From IMG/VR virus record IMGVR_UViG_3300037445_000040, positions 1 through 47,775 of that record: 47,775 nucleotides of DNA. One strand, given 5' to 3'. Position 1 is the first letter of the stretch; each line of letters begins with the position of its first letter. Source of the stretch: a virus. Taxonomy: Duplodnaviria > Caudoviricetes. The notes beneath the pieces were generated by a model, which saw only the letters and a program-made list of their open reading frames with translations, was not told the origin of the DNA and ran no database searches. This document shows, in pieces, positions 1-8,261 of the stretch. The position numbers were made by a program, and so were the translations under genes.

Positions 1-168
1 GCCGCCCTCGGCGACAACCTCGCGCGCATCACGCAACAGACCGCCGACGAACTCGCGAAGAACATCCGCAAGTCGATCGAAGAGGTGAAGCACCCGGCCC
101 TCAACGCGGCGACCACCGAAACCCCGCAAGTCGCCGCCGCCGACCCCGACGCCGACAAGCCCCTTTAA
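1..168 (+). CDS. 3' end of truncated hypothetical protein
   Basis: Frame 1 is open from base 1 to TAA at 166-168 (...KHPALNAATTETPQVAAADPDADKPL*), with GC3-rich codons like its neighbours. Confidence 0.6.
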   Translation, partial: AALGDNLARITQQTADELAKNIRKSIEEVKHPALNAATTETPQVAAADPDADKPL

Positions 169-213
169 CCGCCGGACGTCCGGCTCAACCGCCAACGATA
201 GCAACAACCGAAA

Positions 214-819
214 ATGAGTAACCAAAAAGTAACGATCAAGGGCAAGGTCTACGACCTCGCCGACACCGCCGATCTGGTCTCGATCCAGAACGCGCTCGTC
301 CCCGACAACTGGCCCGGCAAGAAAGCGGACGGCGTCCGGCACTTCCTCGCGATTCAGGAGATGCTCGGGTTCCAGATCAAGCGCTACGTCGCCGCGCGCT
401 ACAAGAACATCGCGAAGGCCGCGCTCGAGGAGGGCGAGGAGGGCGGCGCCGCGAAGATGGGCGTCTCCTTCTCCTTCGAGATCGACTTCACGTCGCCGCT
501 CGTCGCGGCGTTGACGAAGATGAAGCTCTCCTTCTCCGTCCGCAACGTCCTCGAGGGGAAGCCCCAGACCGTGGACCTCACGCAGAGCAACTTCTACGAC
601 AAGCTCGACGAGGACATGGGCAAGGTGCTCGACACCGGCTTGGTCGAGCGCGAGGTCGCGGAGGCCGACGCGGAGAAGGCCGACGAGAAGAAGGCGAAGG
701 CCGAGGCGAAGAAGGGCGCGGGCAAGGTCGAGAAGTTCCCGCCGACGCCTGACGAGTCGCAAACCCCGCCGCCTCCGCCGAGCGGCGTTGACAAGAAGCC
801 GCGCTCCCGCAAGACCTGA
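214..819 (+). CDS. hypothetical protein (201 aa)
   Basis: ATG after an A/C-rich leader; typical codon bias; Lys/Pro-rich C-terminus. Confidence 0.8.
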   Translation: MSNQKVTIKGKVYDLADTADLVSIQNALVPDNWPGKKADGVRHFLAIQEMLGFQIKRYVAARYKNIAKAALEEGEEGGAAKMGVSFSFEIDFTSPLVAALTKMKLSFSVRNVLEGKPQTVDLTQSNFYDKLDEDMGKVLDTGLVEREVAEADAEKADEKKAKAEAKKGAGKVEKFPPTPDESQTPPPPPSGVDKKPRSRKT

Positions 820-838
820 GCGCGTTGAAGCTGGACCC

Positions 839-871
839 GCGGGCCGGCGCCGGGAAACCGAGCCGGCCCGC
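839..871 (+). promoter_or_regulatory. intergenic RNA hairpin with GAAA tetraloop upstream of the KH gene
   Basis: GCGGGCCGGC (839-848) pairs with GCCGGCCCGC (862-871), enclosing CGG-GAAA-CCG; no U-tract follows. Confidence 0.55.
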
Positions 872-889
872 ACAAACCGAAAACCGACG

Positions 890-1468
890 ATGACGACCGA
901 AACCGAAAAACTCTCCGACCTCCTCCGCGACCTCGTCTCGAGCTACGTCGACCACGGCTCGGAGATCGAGATCGAGGCGGTCGAGCACCCGGGCGCCGTC
1001 TACTGGTCGATCCGCGGCCACGCGGAGGACTACGGCAAGCTCGTCGGGAAGGGCGGCGCCCACTTCGAGGCGCTCCGGACCCTGATCGCCGCGATCGGCG
1101 AGGCCCGCGAGGAGCTCCACGTCCTTAACCGATTCAAGGAGCCCGAGGCCGCGCGCCGCCGCCGCCCGTCCGACGCCGAGTACGCCGAGACCTACGACCC
1201 GCGCCCCGCGCGCGACCTGCTCTGCCGCGTCCTTGAACCGCTCGTCGGCGACTTCAACGTCGAGGCGACCGTCCGCCCGAACCGCGACCCCCGGATCCCG
1301 TTCCCGCTCTTCCTCACCCTAACCGTCACCGTCCGGACGGAGGAGGACTACGCCGAGCTCGCGGCCCCGAAGCAAGGGGTCACGCTCGTCGGGGCGCTCG
1401 GCGCTCTCTTCCGCGCCCGGGCGAACCGGGACGGGATCGGAATCCAGATCGACGTCGCGCGCCCATGA
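890..1468 (+). CDS. KhpA-like KH-domain RNA-binding protein with a probable degenerate second KH-like domain
   Basis: LVSSYVDHGSEIEI...HAEDYGKLVGKGGAHFEALRTLI resembles KhpA/YlqC (LVDHPE...EDMGKVIGKxG..AKAIRT) with an intact GxxG loop. Confidence 0.75.
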   Translation: MTTETEKLSDLLRDLVSSYVDHGSEIEIEAVEHPGAVYWSIRGHAEDYGKLVGKGGAHFEALRTLIAAIGEAREELHVLNRFKEPEAARRRRPSDAEYAETYDPRPARDLLCRVLEPLVGDFNVEATVRPNRDPRIPFPLFLTLTVTVRTEEDYAELAAPKQGVTLVGALGALFRARANRDGIGIQIDVARP

Positions 1469-1926
1469 ACTGCCTCTCGCTCCTTCAACCGTGGGCGACC
1501 GCGGTCGAGCTCAACCTTAAGACGATCGAGACGCGGAGCTGGGCAGCGCCGAAGGGCGCGATCGGGAAGCCGCTCGCGATCGCCGCGTCAAAGGGCAAAG
1601 ACAAGAAAGGCCGCGCGAAGTGGGACGAGTTGATGCAGATGCCGGCGGTCCGAGAGGCCTTCCGCGCGCGGAACTACTTTACCTTCGACGATCTCCCGTT
1701 CGGTCAAGTCGTCGCGACGACGGTCCTCGACGGTTGCTTCTCGACCAACGGAGACATTCCGAACCGGCTCCCGAGCCGCTACGACTACCTCCTCGGCGAC
1801 TTCTCGATCAACCGCTACGCGTGGATGCTGAGCGGCATCGCGCGCCTTCCCGAGCCGACGCCCGTCGTCGGTCGCCTCGGGATTTTCCAATGGGAACGAA
1901 ACGTCGAGGAGAACGCGAAGTGGTAA
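1465..1926 (+). CDS. ASCH-domain protein
   Basis: LSLLQPWA...LKTIETRSW...LAIAASK and ...PVVGRLGIF are ASCH signatures; ATGA-coupled to the KH gene. Confidence 0.85.
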   Translation: MNCLSLLQPWATAVELNLKTIETRSWAAPKGAIGKPLAIAASKGKDKKGRAKWDELMQMPAVREAFRARNYFTFDDLPFGQVVATTVLDGCFSTNGDIPNRLPSRYDYLLGDFSINRYAWMLSGIARLPEPTPVVGRLGIFQWERNVEENAKW

Positions 1927-2402
1927 ACCTCGCGAAAAGTCGCCTCGACGAGCCCGCGCCCGCGGAGGAGTTCGACGACGCCCTCCGCTGGTTGATCCCC
2001 TCGCGGACCGACCCGCTCGAGAGCTACGTCGTCGAGCTCAACGACGCCCCGGGCTACGACGTCTGTCAGTGCAAGTGGTTCGTAACGACGCTCGGCCCGA
2101 TCCTCAAACTCGGTATCTCGCCGGAGCAGGCCGTCGCCGAGGGTATGGTGAAGATCAAAAAGGGTGAGCGCGTCGAGGACGCCCTGAAATGTTTTCATAT
2201 ACGCGAGGCCAACTACCGCTTCGGGATCGCGTGGAAGAAGTTTCATTGCCTCCGCCGCCGCGCCGAGGAATCCCGCCAAAAAATCCAACATCGCCATGCT
2301 CCAACGCAAGACTCCCCTCCGCCGCAAAGCCTTCCTCCGCTCCGCCGCTCCGACCTCCGTCCTCAAGCCGAGGACCTCGGGCCTTCGCCGCGTCTCTACT
2401 AA
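1920..2402 (+). CDS. SWIM-type zinc-finger protein
   Basis: YVVEL...CQC-x(n)-CFH pattern; GTG start overlaps the ASCH stop. Confidence 0.6.
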   Translation: MVNLAKSRLDEPAPAEEFDDALRWLIPSRTDPLESYVVELNDAPGYDVCQCKWFVTTLGPILKLGISPEQAVAEGMVKIKKGERVEDALKCFHIREANYRFGIAWKKFHCLRRRAEESRQKIQHRHAPTQDSPPPQSLPPLRRSDLRPQAEDLGPSPRLY

Positions 2403-2745
2403 GCGCGCGGCCGAGCTCCGCGCCTACTCCGCCGCCCGGAAACGCTACCTCGACGAGCACCCGCTCTGCGAGGTATGGTGCCGCGAGCGCAAGTTCCAGC
2501 GGATCGGCGCGAACCCGGCCGGCGAGATGCTCTACCAGTCCGCCTATCCGCTCGCGAACTTCACGGCGACCGAGCTCCTCGACCTCGACGCGCCCCGGGC
2601 GACCGAGATCCACCACATGAACAAGCGCCGCGGGAAGATGCTCCTAGACGAGAGCTTCTGGCTCGCCGTCTGCCGCAAGAACCACGAACGCATCGAGCAG
2701 AACAAAAAGTGGGCGCGCGAGCAGGGCTTCCTCCTCAACTTCTGA
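2296..2745 (+). CDS. HNH endonuclease-like protein
   Basis: HPLCEVWC...ATEIHHMNKRRG...WLAVCRKNHERIE; basic N-terminus. Confidence 0.75.
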   Translation: MLQRKTPLRRKAFLRSAAPTSVLKPRTSGLRRVSTKRAAELRAYSAARKRYLDEHPLCEVWCRERKFQRIGANPAGEMLYQSAYPLANFTATELLDLDAPRATEIHHMNKRRGKMLLDESFWLAVCRKNHERIEQNKKWAREQGFLLNF

Positions 2746-3179
2746 TGCCGCTCCCGACCCGAGTCTCCGAGTCCACTCGCCGCCTCAACCCCGGGCTCTT
2801 CGGCGTGTCGGTTTCTTCGACCTCGAACGAGGAGGCAAAAACGGACACGCCCCGCCTCAAGCAGAACCGGGGACCGAAGATGAACAAGACCGAGTCCGCG
2901 TTCGACGAGCACCTCCGGGCGACGTTCGCGAACTCGCAGATCGAGCGCGAGGGCGTGACTCTCCTCCTCGCGAACGGCGTCCGCTACACGGCCGACTTCG
3001 CCGACTTCAACGTCGACGGCCACCTCACGCTCTGGGAGGTCAAGGGCCCGCACGCGTGGGACGACGCGATCGTGAAAATCAAGGTCGCCGCCGCGCGCTA
3101 CCCGAGGATCACGTTCTACCTCGCGAGCCCGCGCAAGGACGCGCCCGGGCTCTGGCGGATCGAGCTCGTCCACCCCTGA
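2745..3179 (+). CDS. PD-(D/E)XK nuclease (DUF1064/resolvase-like)
   Basis: MNKTE...RYTADF...LWEVKG motif; TGATG overlap. Confidence 0.75.
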   Translation: MPLPTRVSESTRRLNPGLFGVSVSSTSNEEAKTDTPRLKQNRGPKMNKTESAFDEHLRATFANSQIEREGVTLLLANGVRYTADFADFNVDGHLTLWEVKGPHAWDDAIVKIKVAAARYPRITFYLASPRKDAPGLWRIELVHP

Positions 3180-3190
3180 CAAGAAAGTCC

Positions 3191-3267
3191 TTGACCCCTG
3201 CGAAGAACCTCCCCTTCTTCGAGGCAATCCGGACGACCGGAGAAACTACCGACCACCGAAAACGATC
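3191..3267 (+). promoter_or_regulatory. repeated promoter/leader element, copy 1
   Basis: TTGACCCCTGC...GGCAATCCGGACGACCGGAGAAACTACCGACCAC; near-identical to 12494-12575. Confidence 0.8.
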
Positions 3268-3486
3268 ATGTTCACCGCATCTCCCCTCGTAGTCACCGAG
3301 CACGGAACCGGCTTCCTCGACGAGCGCAACGAGCTCCGGAAGGCCTTCGGGACTCACGTCTCGCCGCGCCCCGTCAACGTCCGCCCCGCGACCGCCGAAG
3401 AGGCCCGAGCGTTCTTCGCCCACCGGCTCGCGGTCCGCCGCGACCTCACCGCGTTCTACAACCGCCGGGGATTTCAAGGAGACTGA
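3268..3486 (+). CDS. small hypothetical protein
   Basis: ATG directly after the conserved leader. Confidence 0.65.
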   Translation: MFTASPLVVTEHGTGFLDERNELRKAFGTHVSPRPVNVRPATAEEARAFFAHRLAVRRDLTAFYNRRGFQGD

Positions 3487-3491
3487 ACTCC

Positions 3492-3620
3492 ATGGACGAC
3501 GACTTCGATCTCGCGGTCTCTTTCGCGCAACGCGCGCTCACCGAGGACGGCCCGTGGGCAAAGTTCTACTTCGGGATGGCGCGCTTCTACTGGTCGCGCT
3601 GCGAGGAGGGCTCGCGATGA
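3492..3620 (+). CDS. small hypothetical protein (42 aa)
   Basis: MDDDFDLAVSFAQRAL...; ATGA-coupled to the next gene; below the ORF-track size cut-off. Confidence 0.5.
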   Translation: MDDDFDLAVSFAQRALTEDGPWAKFYFGMARFYWSRCEEGSR

Positions 3621-3955
3621 GCACCACGCAACGCCGCTCGATGCACGTCAACTCCCTCGCCGCCTACTGGGAGGGCAAGGAGGAGCTCTTCTCGAAGCGC
3701 GAGCTCGCGGTCCTCGGGGCCGTCCGCCGCGCGTTCCGCGCCCGCGCGACCGACCGTCAGGTGATGACCTCGCTCGGGTTCGCGGACATGAACTCGGTGC
3801 GCCCGCGGATCACGGAGCTAGTCAAGGACGGCCTCCTCGCGGAGGTCGACTCGGAGATCGACCCGATCACCGGGAAGACGGTTCGCGTCGTCGCGCTCGT
3901 CTTCCACAAACCCACGCAGAACGAGCTCCCGCTCGAAGACCGGAGGGCCTCATGA
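3617..3955 (+). CDS. winged-helix DNA-binding protein
   Basis: ATDRQVMTSLG..MNSVRPRITELVKDGLL wHTH-like pattern. Confidence 0.65.
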   Translation: MSTTQRRSMHVNSLAAYWEGKEELFSKRELAVLGAVRRAFRARATDRQVMTSLGFADMNSVRPRITELVKDGLLAEVDSEIDPITGKTVRVVALVFHKPTQNELPLEDRRAS

Positions 3956-6756
3956 GCGCCGGACGACTCGACGACGACTTCGACGGCCCCACCCCGGTAG
4001 CCGACAAGAAGCCGACCCGCGACGACGTCCTCGGCGCGCTCAAGTGGTCCGAGCCCCGCGAGGTCTCCACGAAGCTCGGCCCGCGCCTCGTCTCCTCCGC
4101 CGACGCGAACGAGATGGTCTTCGCGCTCTGGCGCGAGGAGAAGGACGCCCTCAAGTCCGCCGGCTACTCGCTCGGCGAGTTCCGCGGCAAGTGGCAGATC
4201 TCGAAGTGGGAGAAGCTCCCCGATAAGATCGTCGTCTCGCGCGAGAACGCGAAGGCCCTCTCCCGAGCGACCGACGCGGACATCAACGTCCCCGCGCCCG
4301 ACGGCTACGCCTACCTCGGCTACCAGCGCGCGGGGATAGCCTTCGGCTTCGAGCGCCCCGCCGTCCTGATCGGCGACGAGATGGGCCTCGGGAAGACCAT
4401 TCAGGCGATCGGGATCCTCAACGCCTGCCCCGAGCTGAAGCGCGTCCTCGTCATTTGCCCCGCCTCCCTCAAGCTCAACTGGAAGCGCGAGCTCGAGCGC
4501 TGGTGCGTCCGCAAGCGCCCGATCCTCGTCGCCGACTCGAAGCTCTTCGCCGCGCTTGCCGACGGGGTGACGATCGTCAACTACGACGTCCTCCACAAGC
4601 ACGAGGAGACGCTCCGGACGACCGACTGGGACGCCCTGATCTGCGACGAGGCGCACTTCCTCAAGAACCCCGGCGCCCGCCGCACGCAGATGGTCTTCGG
4701 ATCGAAGGCGACGAAGAAGGAGAAGGCGTCCGGGATGGTCGACGTCCCCGGACTCGCCGCGAAGAAGCGGATCCTCCTCTCCGGAACCCCGATCGCGAAC
4801 AAGCCGGTCGAGCTCTTCCCGTTGATCTCCTACCTCGACCCCGTGACGTGGGGCAACGAATGGAAATTCAAGCAGCGCTACTGCAACCCTCCCGAGGCCC
4901 CGATCTGGATGTCGGATTTTTCGTTTCGCCCGCTCGGCGAGATAAAGGTCGGCGACGAGATTATCGGATGGCGGAAGGCCGAACCGGGTAGCCGCGCCAA
5001 GAAGGGCAACGGCATGGACACCCTTTGCAAGTCGACCGTCGTCGCGGTAAACCGGCGGATCGCGCCGATCGTCAAAGTTATGCTCGAAAGCGGGAAGATA
5101 ATCCGCTGCACGCCGGACCACCTCTGGCTCAATTCGCTTTGCAACGAGGAGCGTGCGAAGTGGGTCTCGGTTCAGATCGACCGGACGCTCGTCCGCGTTG
5201 TCGACGTCGAACCCGAGTTGAGCGGCGACAAACTCCGGGACGCGGCGTGGCTCGCGGGCGTCTACGATGGCGAGGGAACGTGGCCCCAGATCGCACAATG
5301 CCCGATTGCGAACCCGCTCGTCTACCAGAAGATTCAGGACGCGCTAACGAACCTCGGCTTCGCGTTTACGAAATATCCGGATCGCATTTCGATCACGGGG
5401 GGACGCGCCGCCGCGATCCGCTTCCGCCGGTTTGTGCAGCCGAACAAGCTCGGGCATCTTGAAAGCTCGATCCTCACCACGCGATTCAAGTCGCCCGAGC
5501 GCGTCGTCGGAATCTGGCCCGACGGCGAGGGCGAAGTAATTTCTATGACGACGACGACCGGCAACTATGTCGCGTGGGGTCTTGCGTCTAAAAATTGCGG
5601 CGCCCACCACAACGGCTTCGGCTGGGAGTTCAACGGCGCGAGCCACCTCGACGAATTGCAGGACAAACTCCGGAGCACGATCATGGTCCGCCGCCTCAAG
5701 AAGGACGTGCTGACCGAGCTCCCCCCGAAGCGCCGTCAGGTGATCGAGTTCCCCGCGACCCCCGCGATGGCCCACCTCGTCAAGCAGGAGATGGAGGTCT
5801 ACGAGGGAGTCGACGAGCTCGAGGCCGAGGTCGAGCTCGCCGCCGCGTCCGACGACCCGAACGCCTACGAGGACGCCGTCAAGAAGCTGCGCAAGGGCCA
5901 ACAGGCGCGCTTCGAGGGACTCTCCGAGCTCCGCCGCGCGACCGCCGAGGCGAAGATCCCGCTCTGCGTCGAGCACCTCGAGGAGGCGGTAGAGGAGTCA
6001 GGGAAGGTCGTCGTCTTCGCGCACCACAAGACCGTCGTCCGCGCGATCGCCGAGAAGTTCGGCGACGCCGCGGTCTCGCTCGTCGGGGACACCCCGATGC
6101 AAGAGCGGCAGGACGCGGTCGACCGCTTCCAGAAGGACCCGGAGTGCAAGCTCTTCATCGGCTCGATCATGGCGGCCGGGGTCGGGATCACGCTGACCGC
6201 CGCGGCGCACGTCGTCTTCTGCGAGCTCGACTGGGTCCCGGGCAACGTGTCGCAGGCGGAGGACCGCTGCCACCGCATCGGACAGAAGGACTCGGTCCTC
6301 GTCCAGCACCTCGTCCTCGAGGGCTCCCTCGACGCGACGATCGCGCGCCGGATCATCTCGAAGCAGGACGTCATCGACAAGGCGCTCGACGTCGTCGCGG
6401 CCAAGAAGTCCGCCGAGCCCGAGGTCGCGAAGTCGCCGGAGCGCGCCAACCTCGAAGCGCTGGCGAACCGTATGACAGACGCCCAGCGCGAGGCCGCGGC
6501 CGAGGCGATCGTGCGACTCAAGGCGATGTGCGATGGTGCGTCCTCGTGGGACGGCTCCGGCTTCTCGAAGATCGACGTCCGGATCGGGCACTCGCTCGCG
6601 GCTCAGGCGATGGACCCGCGCGGGCTCTCCCGCAAGCAGGCGGCTTTGGCGCAGAAAGTAGCGTTCAAATATCGCGGCCAGTTGCCCGACGAGCTCGTCG
6701 AGCGGCTCCGCTTTGCGCAGGAAAACAACGATCAGGAAAAACAGGAAAAACCATGA
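3952..6756 (+). CDS. SNF2-family helicase, SMARCAL1/ZRANB3-like, intein-containing
   Basis: GDEMGLGKT, DEAH, LLSGTP, AAGVGITL, QAEDRCHRIGQ; the rejoined exteins give RY|CGA..GWEFNGASHLDEL...MVRRLKKDVLTELPPKRR. Confidence 0.9.
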   Translation: MSAGRLDDDFDGPTPVADKKPTRDDVLGALKWSEPREVSTKLGPRLVSSADANEMVFALWREEKDALKSAGYSLGEFRGKWQISKWEKLPDKIVVSRENAKALSRATDADINVPAPDGYAYLGYQRAGIAFGFERPAVLIGDEMGLGKTIQAIGILNACPELKRVLVICPASLKLNWKRELERWCVRKRPILVADSKLFAALADGVTIVNYDVLHKHEETLRTTDWDALICDEAHFLKNPGARRTQMVFGSKATKKEKASGMVDVPGLAAKKRILLSGTPIANKPVELFPLISYLDPVTWGNEWKFKQRYCNPPEAPIWMSDFSFRPLGEIKVGDEIIGWRKAEPGSRAKKGNGMDTLCKSTVVAVNRRIAPIVKVMLESGKIIRCTPDHLWLNSLCNEERAKWVSVQIDRTLVRVVDVEPELSGDKLRDAAWLAGVYDGEGTWPQIAQCPIANPLVYQKIQDALTNLGFAFTKYPDRISITGGRAAAIRFRRFVQPNKLGHLESSILTTRFKSPERVVGIWPDGEGEVISMTTTTGNYVAWGLASKNCGAHHNGFGWEFNGASHLDELQDKLRSTIMVRRLKKDVLTELPPKRRQVIEFPATPAMAHLVKQEMEVYEGVDELEAEVELAAASDDPNAYEDAVKKLRKGQQARFEGLSELRRATAEAKIPLCVEHLEEAVEESGKVVVFAHHKTVVRAIAEKFGDAAVSLVGDTPMQERQDAVDRFQKDPECKLFIGSIMAAGVGITLTAAAHVVFCELDWVPGNVSQAEDRCHRIGQKDSVLVQHLVLEGSLDATIARRIISKQDVIDKALDVVAAKKSAEPEVAKSPERANLEALANRMTDAQREAAAEAIVRLKAMCDGASSWDGSGFSKIDVRIGHSLAAQAMDPRGLSRKQAALAQKVAFKYRGQLPDELVERLRFAQENNDQEKQEKP
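4882..5595 (+). mobile_element. intein (238 aa) with a single LAGLIDADG-like motif
   Basis: Cys1 (CNPPEAPI), block B CTPDH, WLAGVYDGEG, C-terminal GNYVAWGLASKN|C; codon usage differs from the exteins. Confidence 0.9.
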
Positions 6757-7019
6757 AATCCAAACTCATCACCCTCGCGATCCTCGGGCTCGCCTTCCTC
6801 GCCGGCACGGCGCAGCTCTCGGACGCCGGTCCCCGGCAGGTGCTACTCAACACCCAGCAGCGCCTCTACAACTCGCGCACGTGGGAGTTTTACGCCACGT
6901 TCAACAACCCGTTCGTCAACGACTACGCCCGCGGTTTCTTCGCGGGACAGCAGTACGCTTATATTGCGGACTACAACGACCTCGCCGACGCGATCAACGA
7001 GCCCGAGCTTCAGCCGTGA
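6753..7019 (+). CDS. small exported protein
   Basis: MKSKLITLAILGLAFLAGTAQLSDA looks like a signal peptide. Confidence 0.65.
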   Translation: MKSKLITLAILGLAFLAGTAQLSDAGPRQVLLNTQQRLYNSRTWEFYATFNNPFVNDYARGFFAGQQYAYIADYNDLADAINEPELQP

Positions 7020-7037
7020 GGTTGTAGAACGAAGCCT

Positions 7038-7238
7038 ATGAGCAAGAAACCCACCCTCACAGCAACGCAGCATAAGGTGCTGCTCGAATCCGCTGACCTC
7101 GGCACGCTGGTCGTGTTTGGCGGCGATTTGATTGCCGCACGCAATCTGCGATTGAAGCGACTCGGAACCGTCCTTTTACGTGGATCAGGCTATTACGTAT
7201 TCGCGATCAACGCCGCCGGCCTGCGAAGGCTCGGCTGA
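7038..7238 (+). CDS. small hypothetical protein
   Basis: 66-aa ORF with AT-richer codons than its neighbours. Confidence 0.55.
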   Translation: MSKKPTLTATQHKVLLESADLGTLVVFGGDLIAARNLRLKRLGTVLLRGSGYYVFAINAAGLRRLG

Positions 7239-7302
7239 CACCGAACGAACGCGCGATCGACGCCCTTTCCACCCCGGTTTTCCGCCAACCTTTCTGCAAC
7301 TT

Positions 7303-7707
7303 TTGAACATCCAAGACGCAGACGATGGCCGGGCCGACTTCCTCGCCGGGAAGAAGGACGAGGCGCGCTACAACGACGCGAACAACGGGGCGGACTACCG
7401 CCGGGGCTGGCAACTCGCCCGCCTCGGCCACATCGCAGACCAACCGAAGCCGGAACCGCAGGCCGTGGTGTTCGCTACCCCTTCCGACGACCCGCCGTGG
7501 GACGACGCGCCCGTGGTTCGCAGGGAAACGGCGCAAAGCCAGCCTGCGGCAGCCTCGATCGCGACCTCGGCCAAGCTCGAAAAAGTGAACATCGGGGAAA
7601 ATTCCCCGCCGCCCGTGACGCGGCAGGACGTCCGGCTCGCGATCGGCGAGGAGAAGCCCAAAAAGAGCAAACCGGCCCCCGCCGGCCAGCTCGACCTCTT
7701 CGGATGA
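7303..7707 (+). CDS. hypothetical protein with C-terminal QLDLF clamp-binding motif
   Basis: Probable TTG start (uncertain); ends ...GQLDLFG*; ATGA-coupled to the UDG-fold gene. Confidence 0.6.
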   Translation: MNIQDADDGRADFLAGKKDEARYNDANNGADYRRGWQLARLGHIADQPKPEPQAVVFATPSDDPPWDDAPVVRRETAQSQPAAASIATSAKLEKVNIGENSPPPVTRQDVRLAIGEEKPKKSKPAPAGQLDLFG

Positions 7708-8261
7708 GCGCCTCCGAACAATTTCCGCCGGCGTCGCCCGGCAACGTCGTCTTCGTCGGGCAAGGTCCGAACGCGACCGTCTGGGAGAAGGCCCTCGGCA
7801 TTTCGGAGCGCGCCGGTTACTCTCCGCCCGAACCGTTCGCCGAGCGCTATTGCGCGAAGCTCGCGATCACCGGGGCGATCGGGAAGAAACTCGGGGACCT
7901 CGGCGGCTGGAAGCTCAGTCTGTGGTTCAACGGCTACGCCCGCCGGAACCTCAACGCCCGTTTCAACGGGAAGAGCGGCAAGGGAGACTCCTTCTCGCGC
8001 GAGGAGGGCGCGCGGACCGCGGCCGAGATGCTCGCCCGCGAGGAGTTCACGCACTACGTCCTGCTCGGGAAAGAGGTCGCCGGCTGCTTCGGCGTCCGGG
8101 CCGAGTTCCTCGAAGAGCGCAAGAGCCGCAACGACGAGAAGGGCTTCTGGCGCTATTTCCTCGTCTTCCCTCACCCGTCGGGGATCTCGACGTGGTGGAA
8201 CGACGACTTCAACCGCTTCCGCGCGAAAAAACGCCTGCGGGAGTTCCTCGCAATCAAATGA
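7704..8261 (+). CDS. uracil-DNA-glycosylase superfamily protein
   Basis: Motif A VFVGQGP, RRNL, VLLGKEVA, motif B FPHPSG. Confidence 0.75.
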   Translation: MSASEQFPPASPGNVVFVGQGPNATVWEKALGISERAGYSPPEPFAERYCAKLAITGAIGKKLGDLGGWKLSLWFNGYARRNLNARFNGKSGKGDSFSREEGARTAAEMLAREEFTHYVLLGKEVAGCFGVRAEFLEERKSRNDEKGFWRYFLVFPHPSGISTWWNDDFNRFRAKKRLREFLAIK

